In this document: piece by piece, positions 55,990 to 64,000 of the stretch
Numbering within the stretch: position 1 is the stretch's first letter
Layout of the letters: every line of letters starts with the position of its first letter
Assembly: GCA_964016885.1 (NCBI GenBank)
Contig: OZ024751.1
Span: 32,302,001 to 32,366,000 of the forward strand
Direction: 5' to 3'
From: Eledone cirrhosa
Lineage: Eukaryota
DNA: 64,000 bases
Notes under the pieces: model-generated
The model's input: the letters and a program-made list of their open reading frames with translations, nothing else
What the model was told of the DNA's origin: nothing
Databases searched by the model: none
Made by a program: the position numbers and the translations under genes

Positions 55990-56440
55990 CCCACCCTCCT
56001 TCATCACTCCACCCCGTCCCCACCATACCCCAACCATTACTCCGACCACCGACACCATCCCTCTACCATCGTCTCAATCATCATCATCCCCAACTCTCCC
56101 CCATTGGCTGCCACCAACATCAACACCACTTCCACCACCACTACCACCACCACCTTCACCACAACCACTACCATCAGCACCACCATCTTCATTATCAACA
56201 TCACTACCACCACCACCATCACTGCCACCACCCCACCTTCCTAATCAACACTACCACCACTACCACCACTACTACCACTACCACCTTCATTATCAACACC
56301 ATCACCACCACCACCAGCTCCACTACCCCCACCACCACCACCATCACCAGCACCACTACTACGACCACCACCGGCACCACTACCACCACCGGCACCACTA
56401 CCACCACCACCTTCATTATCAACACCACCACCATCACTAC
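55990..56440. repeat. (ACC)/(ATC)-rich low-complexity repeat
   Basis: Directly visible. Confidence 0.85.
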
Positions 56441-56963
56441 AAGTGTCACATACAGATTTAAAAAGAACATAACATACAGATTTAAAAAGAAAAGCAAAAA
56501 AAAAAGAAGCAAAAGAACCCTCCCTCCGATTCTTATCCGTCCATAACAACAACAACAATAGTAACAGCAATTGTGCAATAAGAGTTTCATTCGGTAGCCA
56601 TAATTTCCTTCTCTTTTTTCCTCCCTTCTATCTTTCTATCTTTGCTGTTATTCTTGTTGTTGTTGTTCCTGTGTTTGTGCTGTTGTCATATTTCTGTTGC
56701 TCATGCTGAGCTCTCTTCTTCTTATTATTCTTCTTCTTCTTTTTCTTTTTCTTTTTCTTTTTCTTTTTCTTTTTCTTCTTCTTCACACATAAACCACACA
56801 AATACAACTCACACACACAAATGCACACACACTCACACACACAAATGCACACACAACCACACACATACACACGCTATTCTTTTCACCCAAATTTATAAAA
56901 ATATGATTGATTGTTATCATTTCTCATTTTTTTTCTCTAAGATTTATATATAATTGTTCCCAG

Positions 56964-57062
<99 letters not shown>

Positions 57063-57128
57063 CATGTATATATTGATATGTATGTATATTCCTGTGAACA
57101 ATTATACACTTATATATGGTTATATATA

Positions 57129-57182
<54 letters not shown>

Positions 57183-57679
57183 CGTATGTGTGTGTGTATA
57201 TAGATAGATATAGATATACATATATACATACATATATATGTATATACACATATGTGTGTGTATGTATGTGTGTTATATTATATATGCACAACCGTCTGCC
57301 ATATGTTTTCTTATACCCAAACCCAACTAATTTATGAAGACAAAAATCTTTAAAGAATCCATTATTAAGATAAACATTAACAAAATCTTACAAAATACAT
57401 TTAACAAATTCCTCATAAAATATGGAAGAATCTTGTCATTTTAACTTTTCCGCCATATTTTTTTCCGAATCGTCTGGTTTGTTACTTGCGCTATCTTACT
57501 TCCGCTATCTTACTCGCGCTACGTTATTTCTGCCCCATTGTTAAAACAAACAGACTACAATATCTCTCAGACTCAAATTAAGAAATATATATATCGAAAC
57601 AAGTTCATGCGAATGAAAACCGCAGACATTGTAATGTATAACATACACAGGCCTGCACATACTCACTCAATCAAACACA

Positions 57680-58487
<808 letters not shown>

Positions 58488-58891
58488 CATATATATATAT
58501 ATAGAGAGACATGTATATAGTGTATGTATAATGCATTTACTTATTTACTTGATCTAGATAAAGTCCTGTGCCAATGGCCTTCGTAGGCCATCCAATATCG
58601 GTGCAGTATGTGTATATGAACATGTGATTACACGTGTGCAGACGTGTGTAAGTTTAAAAAATTAACACACACATATATATACACCCCTATACTCTCTCTC
58701 TGTATATATACATATATATATATATAAACTGCTCGTTAGCAAGGAAGGAATGCCGATTCCGTCTGGTGTTCCATATTTGCTTAATTCCTATAAATGTGTA
58801 TCGCAGCCTGAATAATGTCATTTATGTAGCTCTGTTGAATTTTATCTCACCTTTGGCCTTTATCACACACGCACATACACATACACGCGCG

Positions 58892-58922
<31 letters not shown>

Positions 58923-59325
58923 ACGCACACACACAGACACAGACACACACACACACACACACACTAGTACAAACGCACACACGCACACACACACGCACAC
59001 ACTCACACACACACACATATATATGTGTGTGTGTGTGTGTGTTTGTGTGTATTTATTTATCAGGTATACATACATAAACTGCAGCCATCTTGGCTACACC
59101 CAAATTGTACTCAACATGTAAACTTGCTACAATTTAATCCCAGGACCCCAAAATCTGAGGTACAAGTCTTAAGTCCCGTGGCAGCTGGAACTAGTATATT
59201 TTTTTGATTCTTCTTTGTTATTTTTTACCAATTTGTTGTTGTTATACACCTCGTTTGTTATTGTTATTGGTTGTGGCTATGTGTATGTCCCAACTGAGAT
59301 CTTAATGTACATAAGTATGTTTATA

Positions 59326-59356
<31 letters not shown>

Positions 59357-59719
59357 GTGTGTGTGCGTGTGGGTATATGAAGGAAGCACACGAGACAAGA
59401 GAGAGACAAGGGAAAACAAACAGTCCTTTCTCTTCAGTCAACCTCTCGAAATACGCCATAGTTTCGGATTTTTAAGGTTGATACTTCTCAGTACAGTGCT
59501 TAATTGGGACGCAATACTCACCCCCCTCTCTCTCTCACACACACACAGAGACACCCACACACATATATCCTTTTTGTGTTTCATTTTGTCTTTCTTATAC
59601 ATTTATAACTACATACAACACATGTAAATAGATATGTATACACATACACATCTCAACGTGTACATGCATAAATACACAGATAAGCACTGATACACACTTA
59701 CACACATCTGTACACACAT

Positions 59720-59752
<33 letters not shown>

Positions 59753-60049
59753 CGCACACATACGCGCTGCTATTTACGAAACAAGATCAAAATCCCTTTG
59801 ATTTGTGTACAAAATAGTTCCATGTGTTAAGTGGACAGAGCACGTGTCAACTTACCACTACCACCACCACTGCCACTACTACCACTACCACCACCACCAC
59901 CGCCTCCATTACCTCCACCACCACCAACCACTACCAGCACCAGCACCACCACTATCACCACCACTGCCACCACCAGCACCACCACCACAACCACCACTTC
60001 TATCATCATCATCATTTTCATCAGACCCACTATAGCTAATACTACCATA

Positions 60050-60200
60050 TTGCAGCATAGAGTTACGCTCCTTTACGGTCTGAGTTCAAATACCGTTGAG
60101 GTTAACTTTGCCTTTCATCCTTACGGGGGTCGAAAAAATAAAGTACCAGTAATGCACCAGGGTAATTGCTGGCCTTGTGCCAAAAGTAGAAACAATTATT
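60050..60200 (+). mobile_element. 5'-truncated SINE
   Basis: Family core and short 3' end as in the 26070 and 32701 copies. Confidence 0.85.
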
Positions 60201-60204
60201 ATTG

Positions 60205-60462
<258 letters not shown>

Positions 60463-61367
60463 TTGACATGTTCATTTAGTTACAAAGTATTGTATTTGTA
60501 TCGAGGTGGAGTGAGGTGTTTGGTGCGTTTTAGAAAAAGGTCATAAGTTTATTTCCCGCCACCTATCCTTCCTCCCACTCTCTCAATCCTTTCTCTGTAT
60601 GTATATATGTATAAATATATATATATATATATATCACTATCTGTCTCAATCTCTTTCTCACTGTTTGTCTCTTTTTCTCTTCCTCCCAATTTATAATTTT
60701 CCTCCTTTACTTTATTTTTGCTATTTTACATAAATGCGTTAGTCTGAGAACCTTAAAATTACATTAATTCTTACTTGGGAATGTTGTGAAAAAGAATAAC
60801 AACATCAACAAGAATGGTGACTAATACAAACACATACATATATTTATAACTGCCGCCTGATGAAGCATTCTCGCAGGTGGAAACTCACGCGTAACACCGC
60901 TATAGTTTCAGTAAATAACTAAACCCTACAAGATATATTAATACTTTTTCTCCCGTTCGTCACTATCAAAGTATATAATATATACATATTAGCTGTTGCG
61001 AAATGGTATCACCGAAATATATATAACAGCGACTATGAATAAACGAAGTTAATTTTAACCTGTTGACTTACATTTCTTGTTTATATATAAACAAGAGGTT
61101 GAAAATTCAATTGGAGTTTTTAAGAAGGTTTATTTATATTAAGAGAAATAGAGACATGTGTGGCTTTGTCGTCGTGTAACAAACGCAATGGCATGGCCAT
61201 ACATCTTCCAATTTCGCTTAACTTTTGAAAATCCTCAAATTGTGAAACCGTCAAAGAGATAAGTTATAGTAAATAAACATTCTTAAAGGTTCCAATTGCC
61301 TTTTCAACTTCTTTTTCTTATATTCTTACCCGTGTGGGATATATTAAGAGAAAAACTTTACTTTCGA

Positions 61368-61400
<33 letters not shown>

Positions 61401-61773
61401 TATATAAATTATATATATATATATATATATACAATAATACACCTGCTGGTCCTCCTCACAAACAACCATATAATCTCTCTGTATCCACTTAAAATAAACA
61501 AATATGCTGTAGTGGCAGTAATTTCTCCGCTTCCTAAACACACGCACGCATATAAAAATGCACGTACATAAACTCACGCTCAAATCCGCACACGTGTGTG
61601 CACCGATACACATGCATACACACATACACATATACAGGCACAAATAAAGACAAAAACAATAACAACGACAATGCAAGTTATGAAGTAAGTCTAAGCAGAA
61701 TGTTGATATACAGGGTTCCGGCTGTGATATGTTAATGACTCAATTGAAGAAGGCACCATCCCAAGACGTCAAT

Positions 61774-61828
<55 letters not shown>

Positions 61829-62582
61829 CATACATACATACATACATACATACATACATACATAGAGAGAGAGAATAGGAAAATTGGCTTCAGTTGGTTA
61901 TAATTTGAAAAGACAAGTCTAAGTAGAGACTATGAAGAATTAAAGCAGGCATCTATACATACACACGTGTGAACACACACACACATAGATACATACATAT
62001 ATACACACATATATATATATACATACGTGCATAAGATAGACATATATATATATATACATATATGCACACATATGCATACATACATATATTCATACATACG
62101 AGCACACATATTCAAACTTACGTATATAACATACATACATACTCATACCCCCCCTCCATATATATATATATTTATATCCACACACATATATTTATTCATA
62201 GATACACACATACACACACATATATATCCACACACACACACACACACAAATATATATATATAACATATAGACACGCACACATATGCATGCATACGGATAT
62301 ATATATATATATATACATATATATGTATATATATATGTATATATATATATATACATATATATGTATATATATATGTATATATATATATATCATTATATAT
62401 ATATATATATATCCGTACACATATATGTATTCACACATACACACACACATATCCGCACACACACATAAATATATATATATATAACATATATACACGCACA
62501 CATATGCATGCATACGGATATATATATATGTATATATACATGTATATATATATATGTATATATATATATCCATATATATATG

Positions 62583-62613
<31 letters not shown>

Positions 62614-62717
62614 GTATATATATATATATGTATATATATGTATATATATGTATATATATATGTATATATATACATATGTATATATATACATATGTATATA
62701 TATATGTATATATATAC

Positions 62718-64000
<1,283 letters not shown>

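Noticed and set aside
60855-61030. CTGATGA...GAAAC and GCTGT...GAAATATATATAACAGC hammerhead-like remnants
   Set aside because: The first lacks stems; the second has stems I and III but no CUGANGA core. At best decayed, like the remnants at ~18815 and ~41500.

Overview
Eukaryotic, very AT-rich, microsatellite-saturated animal DNA. The SINE families and repeat landscape suggest a cephalopod (Octopus-like) genome; this is inference. No host gene can be confidently called, and almost all long ORFs in the track are translations of (TA)n/(CA)n/(ACC)n repeats. Real coding content is transposon-derived: two ~99% identical 5'-truncated CR1-like LINEs (12981-14540 +, 62776-63643 -), an RTE LINE with three C-terminal C2H2 fingers (15368-17072 -), a matching non-autonomous RTE derivative (31692-32236 +), an internally deleted Helitron (32535-34075 +) with a nested SINE, and a Penelope-like ORF fragment (34405-34860 -). 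The most interesting signal is a dense set of type I hammerhead ribozymes (seven motifs, four sequence families) in Penelope-like or retrozyme-like elements inserted into (TA)n. One is a 595-nt-period element whose two ribozymes carry the compensated U3:A8 core variant. Another family shows two compensatory base-pair changes in stem II.
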